A stretch of DNA of 28,394 nt from Candidatus Hydrogenedentota bacterium (lineage in GTDB: Bacteria; Hydrogenedentota; Hydrogenedentia; Hydrogenedentales; SLHB01): positions 1 through 28,394 of the forward strand of contig BTVY01000065.1 of NCBI GenBank assembly GCA_045863335.1. Reading direction: 5' to 3'. The translations under genes and the position numbers were made by a program. The notes beneath the pieces were generated by a model. That model ran no database searches, had not been told where the DNA came from, and saw only the letters and a list, made by a program, of their open reading frames with translations. Of this stretch, positions 1 to 9,017 are shown in pieces (the first letter of the stretch is position 1; each line of letters opens with the position of its first letter).

Positions 1-52
1 TACGGTGGTGTGAGAGGACGGGGGAGGAACTATCCTCCCCCTCCTACTCGAT
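1..52 (+). mobile_element. 3' end of a group II intron (3' strand of domain V plus domain VI), class C-like; the rest lies upstream of the window
   Basis: TACGGTGGTGTGAGAGGACGG matches the DV 3' strand and linker of bacterial class C introns. It is followed by a DVI stem (GGGGGAGGA-acta-TCCTCCCCC) and the canonical ending CTCCTACTCGAT with a bulged A and terminal AT. Confidence 0.88.
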
Positions 53-92
53 TGCCGGAATCGACCCCACCATCCGCAGCCCGATTCACGCA

Positions 93-145
93 TTACACAA
101 TTTTGTAAATAAATTATTGCACAAATTATCGATTTCCGCTATTCT
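93..145 (+). promoter_or_regulatory. Putative sigma70 promoter for the DUF11 surface-protein gene, with an upstream palindromic operator-like site
   Basis: TTGCAC (117-122)-N17-TATTCT (140-145) in an AT-rich island; inverted repeat TTACA-N6-TGTAA at 93-108. Confidence 0.5.
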
Positions 146-205
146 GTGCATACCATATGTTGTAGCCATCACGGCCATCGCGGTTTCTGGGGAGGAACTT
201 GCACC

Positions 206-3200
206 ATGTCACATTCCGCACCGTATCGTTCGCGCGCCGCGTACCTGCCGCGCTGGCCGCTTGTCCAGTTGGTAGCCCTATGTGTAGTTGTGTTTGGTTT
301 GATCACCGCAGACGCCCAAGCCCCTTCCCCGAAGGGTAGTGTCCTCCCCGATTTGGCCTTGACGCTCTCCGATTCTGTCGACCCAGTCATCGCGGGAAAC
401 TCCATCACCTACACCATCGATTTCACCAACACCGGCGCCGACGCGACCGGCGTCTCGATTGTCATGTTTGCCCCAGCCAACACCTTCCTGGTGAGCCTCG
501 ATGCCGTGGATGCTATGGGGTGGAGACTGGGAATCATCTCCGATGGAATCGGCGGATTCGGCGCCGAGTTTACGAATGATGGACCCGTGGCTGGTGGAGC
601 GTCGGCGCAGTTTACCGTCACGGTTAACGTAAATGGATCGACCGCCAGCGGCACAGTCATTACCGGGCTGGTCAACGCTTCGTCCAGCCAGGAAGACGCA
701 AACGCGGCCGATAACACTGCGTCGGAGACGACGACCGTCGCAACCCAAGCAAACCTCGGCGTGGCGATTTCCGATGCACCCGATCCCGTCAAACCCGGAA
801 GCAATATCACCTATACCGTCACCCTGACCAACGCCGGCGCGAGCAGCGCGCAGGACGTTACCGTGACCGTGCCCACTCCCGCGAACACGACCTACGTGTC
901 ATCGACGCTGACACTGGGCGCTGGGTGGGCCTTGACCTCGTCTCCGTCGGTAGGGGGTACGGGAAACGTCGTCTACTCCAAGGGCACATTCAACAAGAAC
1001 GAGGGAGCGTCATTTCAGATCGTGGTCGCGACCGATCCCGGACTGTCAGACGGCGCGACGGTGACTGCCACCGCTACCGCGGCCACTACGACCACTGACC
1101 CCGTGCCCGGCAACAACACTGCGAGCGCCACCACCACGATGGCAACGGAAGCGGACTTATCCGTTGGCATTGGCGACTCGCCCGGCCCAGTAACGGCCGG
1201 CGGGACGTTAACCTACACGGTGCCTTATGAGAATCTGGGGCCGAACAGCGCCACCTCCGTTGCCGTCACCGTGCCTGTTCCTACTGGCGCGACCTTTGTC
1301 TCGGCCGCGGTGACATCCGGGACGTCCTGGAGCATCAGCGCGCCCAGTGTCGGCGCCACCGGCGACGTGGAATTTACCAAGGCCTTGTCCGGATGGGGGG
1401 ATACGGCCGAGCTCGAAGTGGTCGTTGCAATCCCGCCCGACACTGCGTCCGGCGCGAACATCAACGGCGAGTGCTCGGTATCGAGTGCGACCACCGATCC
1501 CGAACCGGACAACGATTCAGATTCAACCACCACGACGGTAACCACGGCCGTGGACCTTGCGTTGTCGCTCGCGGACTCGCCGGACCCGGTTACGGCGGGC
1601 GCGAACATCACGTACACCATCGCGTACGACAACAATGGTCCGAGCAACGCCTCCAGTGTCACCGTGCTGCAAGCAGTGCCCGCCAACACCACCTTCGTAT
1701 CCGCGTCGGTGAATGCAGGAACGGGCTGGTCGGTAAGCGCGCCCGCTGTGGGTGGCGCGGGCAACGTTATCTTTTCAAAAAGCACGAGCGTGTTAGACGA
1801 TACCGCGACATTCGAGGTGGTGGTCAAAGTTGGCCCCGGCACAGCAGACGGCGCTGTCATCAATGCGTCGGCGTCGGCCACCAGCTCGACAACAGAAGCG
1901 AACGCGGGTGACGAATCGGACAACACCTCGACCACCGTGGAAGCCAAGGCGGACCTTGCACTGACGCTCGGCGATTCTCCGGACCCGGTCCGCGCGGGCG
2001 AATCGATTACGTACGCGATCGCGCTGAACAACAACGGCCCGAGCGATGCCGCCAACGTAACCGTAAGCCAAGCGGTCCCGACGAACACAACGTTCGTATC
2101 CGCATCCGTAACCTCGGGCGCGGGCTGGTCGGCAACGACGCCTTCCGTGGGCGCGGCGGGGAACGTTCAGTTCTCAAAAGCGGCCCTCGGTTCTGGTGCC
2201 TCGGCCGAGTTCGAAATCGTCGTGCTCGTCGCGGCCAACACGGCGGACGGTACCAGCGTGAGCGCGTCCGCAACCGCCCAGTCCGCCACCACGGAAGCGA
2301 GTCCGGGCGACGAAACCGGCGCCGCATCCACAACCGTGGACGCCGTGGCGGATTTGGCTGTAACGCTGGCAGGTTCGCCGGAAACCGTCAATCCCGGCGA
2401 TTCCATCACCTACACCATCGACCTCGCCAATAACGGCCCAAGCGATGCAACCGGCGCATCGGCTACGGAAGCCGTACCCGCGGGTACGACCTACGTTTCA
2501 TCCTCAGTCGTGACCGGGACTGGCTGGTCAGCAGCAACACCGGCAGTCGGGGCAACCGGCAACGTCGTCTTCTCGAAGGCCGCGTTGCCCGCCTCCGAAA
2601 CGGCCACCTTCGAGGTGGTTGTTCAGGTGGATGGCGGTGCAAGCAGCGGAACCACGATCAACGCCGCTGCAACGGCGGCCGCGACGACGACCGACCCCAC
2701 GCCAGGTAACAACACGGCCAGCGACGTTTCGACCGTATGCGGCATGGCGAGTATTGTCGACTACACGGATACGGAAATGGTCTGCGAAGGTGAAACGGCC
2801 GCCTTCACGGTAACGGTCGATGGCGATCCCACGCCCGACATCCAGTGGCAGGTTGATGAGGGCAGTGGCTTCGTCAACATCCCCGGCGAAGACGGAACCA
2901 CCTTGTCATTCACCGCAACCGCGGACGATGATGGGAAGGTGTATCGTGCCTTCGTGAGCAACAACTGCAGCGACACGACGAGCGCTGAGACCACGCTGGC
3001 CGTCAACACCGGCACGACGGTTACGCTCGAACCGGCGGATGTGGAATCCTGCGTCGGCAAGAAGGCCGTGTTTAGCATCGAAGCGACGGGGTCTCCTGCG
3101 CCGTCCATTCAATGGCAAGTTGATGACGGTTTCGGTTTCAGCGACTTGCCGGGTGAAACCGGCGCGAAGTTACGTCTGCAAAACGTTACGGAAGACATGG

Positions 3201-4549
3201 ACGGTAATGTCTATCGCGCGATCCTGAGCAACGCCTGCGGTGCGGACGTTGAGACCGCAACCGCAACGCTCACTGTTCTGATCCCGCCGGCAGTTTCCAC
3301 AAATCAGCTCGTTATTGGTGCCAATCCGGCGAGCGACTTCACCTCGGCTTCCGACGGAATCTTCAGCGACAAGGTGCAAGTCACGTGGTCGGCCGTCGAC
3401 GGCGCGGACGAATACTGCGTCTTCCGTTCAACCAGCGACGACTTCTCCAACACGGCAGCAGTCACGGATTGGATTTCCGATCTCGTGTACGACGACTTCG
3501 ACGTTGGTACGGAGACCGTCAGCAGCGGCTGCACTTCGACGACGGTGCCGGTTCTTTACTACTACCAGGTCAAGGCGCGCGGGATCTGCGGCGAGAGCGA
3601 GCTGAGCGGCGCCGATACGGGATACATCAATGTCACGAAGGCCCGTTACGCGAGCGCCCTGCCTTCAGCCATCGACGACGACGGTTACCACATCGCAGGC
3701 GCGACAGATGCTATCGCGGTGCGCCTGAGTGCCGGCGAGCCTATCGATCCGGATACCGTCTGGGGGACCATCTATTCCGAAACCGCTTTAGAGGAATCGG
3801 CAGTATCCATCCTACCCGTTGCAGGTTCAGACGGAAACGACCTCTGGGTCCAATACACCCCCGAAGTACCTTGGGTGGAAGGTGAGAAAGTCACGATGAC
3901 GATCGGCGCCACCACGATCGCCGGCCGTGGTGCCGGTCCGGTTGCCGCGGTGTTCATCATAGAAAGTGCAGCGGCTGTCAAACTGTCAGCGCTCGTGCAC
4001 CAACCTTCCTACGCGGACTTCGATGCGTCGGCCTTGGCTCGCAATGCAGAATCCAACGACGAGGTGTACCTGTCCTTTACCGACAGCGACGATCTTCCCG
4101 AATTGGTTGGCAGCATCGGCGCGGCGTATGCCGTGGGCCCCGAGCAACCGTACACGGTCCCCCAGCGCGTCTGGATTCCAGTCCCGGTGGGAATGTCCGC
4201 GGATGGGCTTGAGGCATATTACCTCGACCGGTCGATGCCCGCGCCACGGTGGGTGCCTGGGCCGGCCCTGGAAGGGTGGATGTCCACACCGGGGCATTAC
4301 GTCCTCGAATTAGACGGCCAAGAGTATCTGGGCGTGCTCGTCGGTCACGGCGGAACGGTCGTGTTGGGTCCGCAAGTGTCTGACGACGCACCGTGGGCCA
4401 AGGCAGCCGTGGGCGACTTGTCCAAGTCCAGCGGATTGGCGGATTTCCTGGTTCTGGCCTTACTCGGTTGGGCGGGATACTCCATGTGTCGCGCGAGATG
4501 GCGAATTCGGGGGGAACGAGCCGGATACCACTCCGTAAAAGGCGCTTAA
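206..4549 (+). CDS. Large cell-surface protein: signal peptide, 6 DUF11 repeats, 2 Ig-like domains, FN3-like domain, unknown C-terminal domain, C-terminal TM anchor
   Basis: GGAGG RBS at 191-195 before ATG 206. Hydrophobic N-terminus ending ADA-Q. Repeated DLxxxxxDSPDPVxAGxxITYTI...NxGPS...D/N-N units. Two TF/VF-x-V...PxIQWQVDxGxGF Ig motifs. ASDG...VxVTWSAVDGAxEY FN3-like segment. C-terminal hydrophobic stretch plus Arg-rich tail. Confidence 0.9.
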   Translation: MSHSAPYRSRAAYLPRWPLVQLVALCVVVFGLITADAQAPSPKGSVLPDLALTLSDSVDPVIAGNSITYTIDFTNTGADATGVSIVMFAPANTFLVSLDAVDAMGWRLGIISDGIGGFGAEFTNDGPVAGGASAQFTVTVNVNGSTASGTVITGLVNASSSQEDANAADNTASETTTVATQANLGVAISDAPDPVKPGSNITYTVTLTNAGASSAQDVTVTVPTPANTTYVSSTLTLGAGWALTSSPSVGGTGNVVYSKGTFNKNEGASFQIVVATDPGLSDGATVTATATAATTTTDPVPGNNTASATTTMATEADLSVGIGDSPGPVTAGGTLTYTVPYENLGPNSATSVAVTVPVPTGATFVSAAVTSGTSWSISAPSVGATGDVEFTKALSGWGDTAELEVVVAIPPDTASGANINGECSVSSATTDPEPDNDSDSTTTTVTTAVDLALSLADSPDPVTAGANITYTIAYDNNGPSNASSVTVLQAVPANTTFVSASVNAGTGWSVSAPAVGGAGNVIFSKSTSVLDDTATFEVVVKVGPGTADGAVINASASATSSTTEANAGDESDNTSTTVEAKADLALTLGDSPDPVRAGESITYAIALNNNGPSDAANVTVSQAVPTNTTFVSASVTSGAGWSATTPSVGAAGNVQFSKAALGSGASAEFEIVVLVAANTADGTSVSASATAQSATTEASPGDETGAASTTVDAVADLAVTLAGSPETVNPGDSITYTIDLANNGPSDATGASATEAVPAGTTYVSSSVVTGTGWSAATPAVGATGNVVFSKAALPASETATFEVVVQVDGGASSGTTINAAATAAATTTDPTPGNNTASDVSTVCGMASIVDYTDTEMVCEGETAAFTVTVDGDPTPDIQWQVDEGSGFVNIPGEDGTTLSFTATADDDGKVYRAFVSNNCSDTTSAETTLAVNTGTTVTLEPADVESCVGKKAVFSIEATGSPAPSIQWQVDDGFGFSDLPGETGAKLRLQNVTEDMDGNVYRAILSNACGADVETATATLTVLIPPAVSTNQLVIGANPASDFTSASDGIFSDKVQVTWSAVDGADEYCVFRSTSDDFSNTAAVTDWISDLVYDDFDVGTETVSSGCTSTTVPVLYYYQVKARGICGESELSGADTGYINVTKARYASALPSAIDDDGYHIAGATDAIAVRLSAGEPIDPDTVWGTIYSETALEESAVSILPVAGSDGNDLWVQYTPEVPWVEGEKVTMTIGATTIAGRGAGPVAAVFIIESAAAVKLSALVHQPSYADFDASALARNAESNDEVYLSFTDSDDLPELVGSIGAAYAVGPEQPYTVPQRVWIPVPVGMSADGLEAYYLDRSMPAPRWVPGPALEGWMSTPGHYVLELDGQEYLGVLVGHGGTVVLGPQVSDDAPWAKAAVGDLSKSSGLADFLVLALLGWAGYSMCRARWRIRGERAGYHSVKGA
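350..2740 (+). repeat. Six tandem ~133-aa DUF11-type coding repeats (period 399-402 bp)
   Basis: Repeat starts (D/N-L codons) at 350, 752, 1154, 1553, 1952 and 2351. Confidence 0.9.
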
Positions 4550-4767
4550 GTCGCTTTAGGGCAGCAGGATAGTGCGAGAAGTCCCCATCTCGCGCTATCC
4601 TGTTCCGACACATGCCAACCTCTTACCATCCAGGGCAGCCCGTTACATCGACCTTGGCATGTTGTATACTGCTGGAGGGCTGCTTTCTTGATTTGTACTG
4701 AATTGAACTCGAGTAAGCGCCTCGTTCCGGGTTGATTGCGATGTGCAAGTGAGCGAGGAGTAACTCC

Positions 4768-5730
4768 ATGCGTATGCTGATTGTTCCGAGTCCCCGCCGC
4801 CCCCGGCTGTGCCTTGTTGTCGATATGTTGCGTGCGCTGACGGCGATCCTGGTGCTAGCGGGCGTCACCGCTTCGGCCCAGGATCTTAGCCTCACGCTCT
4901 CCGATTCGGTGGATCCCGTTATCGCGGGAAATCTCCTCGTCTACACCATTTCCCTGACTCATAACGGCGGCGTGGATGCCACAAATGTCGCGGTTACCCA
5001 GTTCGACCCAACCAACACGACGTTGGTGAATTTTTCTGTCTTGACCGGCGCGGGGTGGTCTACCGCCGTGATCCCCGACCCGGGCGGCGGTTTCGGCGTT
5101 CAGTTCTCGAAAGGCACCGTGACCGCCGCGGAAACGGCTTCGTTCAGCGTGACGGTCCAGGTTGGCTCGGCCACACCCGACGGCACGATCCTTACCGGCA
5201 CTGCGAGTGTGGTTGCGGATCAAGCAGACACCAACCCCGGCGATGAGAACCCCAGCGAACAAACGACCGTAGGAACGGCTGCAAATCTCGTGCTCAGCGG
5301 GCTGAACGGAACACCCGATCCGGTCGATGCTGGGAACAACATCACGTACTCGTATACCGTGACGAACAACGCCGGACCCAGCAGTGCGCAGGCCGTTACG
5401 GTGACGCAGCCAGTGCCTGCCAACACGACCTTCGTCTCCGCGTCGTTAATTACCGGCGCAGGATGGGGAATCTCCGCGCCCTCCGTAGGGGCTACCGGCA
5501 CCGTGCAATTCTCCAAGGCCGCCGTGGCGCGAAACGAGGGCGCGGTGTTCGAGGTCGTCGTCCAGGTCGATCTCGCGGCCAGCGGGAACATCATGTCCAC
5601 CGTTACCGCTGCGAGTACGACCACCGAGGCGTCGCCCGGTAACGAATCCGGCTCGGAAACTGTCGCGGTAAACGCCATACCTCCGTCAATTCCTGTGATC
5701 GCCGTGCCCCGGTTTGAAGTGGTTCACTGA
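4768..5730 (+). CDS. Secreted protein with two DUF11 repeats, paralogous to the N-terminus of the upstream surface protein
   Basis: GAGGAG RBS; signal peptide ending ASA-Q; DLSLTLSDSVDPVIAGN and NLVLSGLNGTPDPVDAGNNITY repeats; no C-terminal TM segment. Confidence 0.85.
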   Translation: MRMLIVPSPRRPRLCLVVDMLRALTAILVLAGVTASAQDLSLTLSDSVDPVIAGNLLVYTISLTHNGGVDATNVAVTQFDPTNTTLVNFSVLTGAGWSTAVIPDPGGGFGVQFSKGTVTAAETASFSVTVQVGSATPDGTILTGTASVVADQADTNPGDENPSEQTTVGTAANLVLSGLNGTPDPVDAGNNITYSYTVTNNAGPSSAQAVTVTQPVPANTTFVSASLITGAGWGISAPSVGATGTVQFSKAAVARNEGAVFEVVVQVDLAASGNIMSTVTAASTTTEASPGNESGSETVAVNAIPPSIPVIAVPRFEVVH

Positions 5731-5958
5731 CGAAATCGGTACATAGGCGTTCTTGATCCCTTCCCGTCCATGGGAAAGGGTGGTCCTCCCTCTTAGGCGC
5801 GCGTCGTCGTGGCGATAACGAAAGCTCCGCCTTCGGCGTTTAGCGGCCCTTATTGCTACGACGCGGTGACCCGTGTAGCATGTCCTCGTACACCGTGCAA
5901 CTCTGACTCTTCCCGAGCCACCCGTACCGTGCGCCGAAACGACACGTTAGGATTCTCA

Positions 5959-7836
5959 ATGCAGTTCTTTTATCGGCTTTTCCCCGTATTGTTGGTGCTA
6001 CCCGCCTATGCGCAAGACATTCAGGCGCCCGAGTTTTCCCGGACGCAAGCCGTCGTACGCGCGGAGGACGTGCAGTTGCATGTCGATTATCTTGCGTCGG
6101 AAGCGATGGAGGGCCGGCTGACCGGAACGGAAGGGGAACGTCTGGCTACGGAGTACGCCGCGCGGGTCTTCGAGGAAACCGGATTGACGCCGGCGGGCGA
6201 GAATGGGACCTGGTTTCAACCGTTTGAGTTCACCGCGGGCGTATCCCTCGGCTCCGGCAATCGCCTCTGCATTGCCCGCACCGGGGTACCGGAACCGGAC
6301 TGTTACCCCGTCGACGAAGCCTGGCGTCCCTTAGCCTTCTCCAAAACGGGGTCCCTCGACGCACCGGTCGTGTTTGCCGGATATGGCATCGTGGCGCCCG
6401 CATTGGAGGAACTCCCGGAATACGATTCCTACGTCCATCTCGACGTCACGGGCAAGTGGGTCGTCGTGTTTCGTTACATCCCGGAAGATATTTCGACGGA
6501 ACGACGGCTTCATCTCACGCAATACGCGAGCCTTCGATACAAGGCGATGGTTGCCCGCGATCGTGGCGCTGCCGGCATTGTCTTCGTCAGCGGGCCCAAT
6601 TCCCAGGCGACCGATCCCCTGGTGGGTCTTCAGTTCGACGCGTCCTTCTCGGGTACGAGCGTTGCCGCCGTGTCTGTGACGGATCGCCTCGGGGAGGCTC
6701 TGCTCAGCACCCACGGCCGAACGCTTGAAGCGTTGCAGTCCGAACTGGATACCGGGGAGCCGGTCATGGGATTCGAACCGCCGGATGTGCGGCTTCAAGC
6801 GGACATCGATATTGTCCAGGAGAAGCGGACCGGACGGAACGTGCTGGGACGGCTCGCCGCGGATGAGGATACTGGCAAGGGCATCGTCGTGGTCGGCGCC
6901 CACATCGATCACTTGGGCCGCGGCCGCGGATCCGGATCGTTGGCGCGGGACCACGAACGGGAGGAGATTCACTACGGCGCGGACGACAATGCGTCCGGCG
7001 TTGCCGGGATCTTCGAGATTGCACAGTATCTCATGTATCGCAAGGAGCGAGGCGAATTCGCGCCGGTGCGCGATATCGTGTTCGCGGGTTGGTCCGGTGA
7101 GGAGCTGGGGCTTCTGGGTTCCGCCAAGTTTGTGCAGGACTTCGGCGACGTCCCCGAGTCCGAACCGCTGACGGAAGAAATCGCCGCTTACGTGAACTTG
7201 GACATGATCGGCCGTATGCGGGAGGCCGTGGTCATTGGCGGCGTCGGTTCCAGTTCCATCTGGGCCGATCTGCTCCCCGGGTGGCAGAAGGTCGCCGGTG
7301 GACTCAAAATCACGACCCAAGACGACAGTTTCCTACCGACCGACGCGACATCCTTCTTCGTGCGCGGCGTTCCTTTCATAAATGCCTTTACTGGCGCTCA
7401 CGAGGAATACCATTCCCCTCGCGATACGCCGGATACCATAAACTACAATGGCGCGGCGCGGATCGCCCGGTTCATGGCGGAAGCCACAATTCACCTGGCC
7501 GAACGGGAGGAAGCCCCGGACTATATACCCCAGGCGCAACCCGCCCACCAGACCGGCGGCGCAGGCATGCGCGCGTACCTGGGCACCATCCCGGACTACT
7601 CGCAAGACGGTGGGAACGGGCTTAAACTGGCGGGCGTGGCGGAAGGCGGTCCGGCGGAACAGGCCGGCGTGAAAGGCGGGGACCTCGTCGTGGAACTCGG
7701 CGGCGCGACTATCGAGAACATCTACGACTACACCTACGCCATAGAAGCGCTCAAAATAGGAGAGCCGGTTTCCATCGTGGTGTTGCGCGGTGGCAAGCGC
7801 ATAGAACTGGAAGTCACCCCCAGGGCGCGCGAATAA
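5959..7836 (+). CDS. M28 family metallopeptidase with PA insert and C-terminal PDZ domain
   Basis: Signal peptide (AYA-Q), LASEAMEGRLTG, PA domain VVFAGYGI, GAHIDHLG, GADDNASG, GEELGLLGS, NLDMIGR, YHSPRD, YLGTIPDY and GGPAEQAGVKGGD (PDZ). ATG 5959 preferred over GTG 5809. Confidence 0.92.
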   Translation: MQFFYRLFPVLLVLPAYAQDIQAPEFSRTQAVVRAEDVQLHVDYLASEAMEGRLTGTEGERLATEYAARVFEETGLTPAGENGTWFQPFEFTAGVSLGSGNRLCIARTGVPEPDCYPVDEAWRPLAFSKTGSLDAPVVFAGYGIVAPALEELPEYDSYVHLDVTGKWVVVFRYIPEDISTERRLHLTQYASLRYKAMVARDRGAAGIVFVSGPNSQATDPLVGLQFDASFSGTSVAAVSVTDRLGEALLSTHGRTLEALQSELDTGEPVMGFEPPDVRLQADIDIVQEKRTGRNVLGRLAADEDTGKGIVVVGAHIDHLGRGRGSGSLARDHEREEIHYGADDNASGVAGIFEIAQYLMYRKERGEFAPVRDIVFAGWSGEELGLLGSAKFVQDFGDVPESEPLTEEIAAYVNLDMIGRMREAVVIGGVGSSSIWADLLPGWQKVAGGLKITTQDDSFLPTDATSFFVRGVPFINAFTGAHEEYHSPRDTPDTINYNGAARIARFMAEATIHLAEREEAPDYIPQAQPAHQTGGAGMRAYLGTIPDYSQDGGNGLKLAGVAEGGPAEQAGVKGGDLVVELGGATIENIYDYTYAIEALKIGEPVSIVVLRGGKRIELEVTPRARE

Positions 7837-7843
7837 GCCTGTT

Positions 7844-8764
7844 TCAGGAGACCGCGTAACGCGCGTCTTCCAATGATTCGCGAAACAAGGCGAGTTCGTT
7901 CAAGACCACGGCGGCGATATCCCCCAGCGCCGGCGCGTACGCGTCCGCGGCACGGCCGCCCACGAGAATCCGGGTGTCGTTGGGAAGCATGCGGCGCAAC
8001 CTCCGCAACTCTTCGGAAAGCAGCGGATCGTCCGCCGGATAGACGATGCTGAGCGCCACCGCGCGTGCGTTCACGATCCGGGCCGCAGCGGCGATGTCCT
8101 CCGCCGGAAGATTAGAACCCAGGTATGTCACCTTCCATCCGTCAATCGCTGCGATGGCAGCCACCATCAGTGCGCCCAGCTCGTGCCACTGACCAGAGGG
8201 CGTGGCGACCACGACTGTGGGCGCGGGTTCCGACGGCCGCAAGGCGGTCCGTACGCGCGTCAGGTACCCTCGAAGAGCGCCGGATGCCAAGTGTTCATGG
8301 GCCACACGCAACTGGCCGGTTCGCCACTTTTCGCCGATTTCTTCAATGAGCGGCGCAACGACGTCTTGAATTACCCGGATCTGACTAAGCGATACATCCG
8401 CCTCCTCCAGTACTTCCTCCAGGCGCTCGCCGGCCAGAGTCTGGACCGCGAGACGCGCCTCCTCAAGTAACTCGGCTGCCGCGCGTCCCGGGGTGCCGAT
8501 ATCGGGTCCGGCCGATCCCTCGAGGAGTACCAGCAAATCCTCATTCGAAAGATGGGCAATCTGGCCTACGGTCCGCCCCCGCTTCTTGGCTCGCATCAAC
8601 AATCGTAGACGGGCGATATCGTGGTCGGAATACATGCGGCGATTGGTTGCGGTGCGCCCCGGCACGACCGCCCGATACCGGCGCTCCCACGCGCGAATCG
8701 CATGCTGTGAGAGACCCGTTCGAGCCGCAACGACCTGAATCGGATGGCATTTGTCATCTTTCAT
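7844..8764 (-). CDS. carH: CarH/LitR-type MerR-family adenosylcobalamin-binding light-responsive repressor
   Basis: MerR HTH with RAWERRY; Wx9EH motif (WRTGQLRVAHEH); B12 ligand motif QWHELG; ALSIV and LVGG; divergent from crtB. ATG at 8764 preferred over TTG 8770. Confidence 0.9.
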   Translation of the reverse strand: MKDDKCHPIQVVAARTGLSQHAIRAWERRYRAVVPGRTATNRRMYSDHDIARLRLLMRAKKRGRTVGQIAHLSNEDLLVLLEGSAGPDIGTPGRAAAELLEEARLAVQTLAGERLEEVLEEADVSLSQIRVIQDVVAPLIEEIGEKWRTGQLRVAHEHLASGALRGYLTRVRTALRPSEPAPTVVVATPSGQWHELGALMVAAIAAIDGWKVTYLGSNLPAEDIAAAARIVNARAVALSIVYPADDPLLSEELRRLRRMLPNDTRILVGGRAADAYAPALGDIAAVVLNELALFRESLEDARYAVS

Positions 8765-8815
8765 GTCCAAATTTATACCATTTTGTACATATTATGTCTA
8801 TTTTAATTTGTACGA
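8763..8815 (-). promoter_or_regulatory. carH promoter overlapped by CarH-type operator repeats
   Basis: Minus strand: TAGACA (8800-8795)-N17-TATAAA (8777-8772) with extended TG. Adjacent 11-mers AAAATAGACAT and AATATGTACAA, plus AATTTGGACAT, fit the CarH consensus nAnnTnnACAn. Confidence 0.7.
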
Positions 8816-8946
8816 CTTGGTTCATTGAATAGTTTTCGTGAGTACGGTTCGGCGATAGTAGCCGAAAGGTCCAGTTGAACAGGCAAAATCTATGTATATT
8901 TTGTGATCTCGTCATTCTAGGCCGTATTCCTAACGGAATATTTCAC

Positions 8947-9007
8947 TTGCTTTTTCGGGAATTCTTTGCGACAATTCTAATGTTAAGTTAGACAAGTTTT
9001 AGACAAG
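8947..9007 (+). promoter_or_regulatory. crt operon promoter with tandem CarH-type direct repeats
   Basis: TTGCTT (8947-8952)-N17-GACAAT (8970-8975) with extended TG; TTAGACAAG occurs twice at 11-bp spacing (8988 and 8999). Confidence 0.68.
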
Positions 9008-9017
9008 AGGATTTGCC

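Noticed and set aside
350-2740. Periodic repeats as a possible CRISPR array or DGR template/variable repeat
   Set aside because: They are in-frame ~400-bp diverged protein-domain repeats; no spacers or adenine-specific variation seen.
4653-4670. TTGGCA as a sigma54 -24 element
   Set aside because: No TTGC -12 element at the required spacing.
5758-5780. Hairpin CCCTTCCC-gtccat-GGGAAAGGG after the short DUF11 gene
   Set aside because: Imperfect stem with no U-tract; cannot be called a terminator or REP with confidence.
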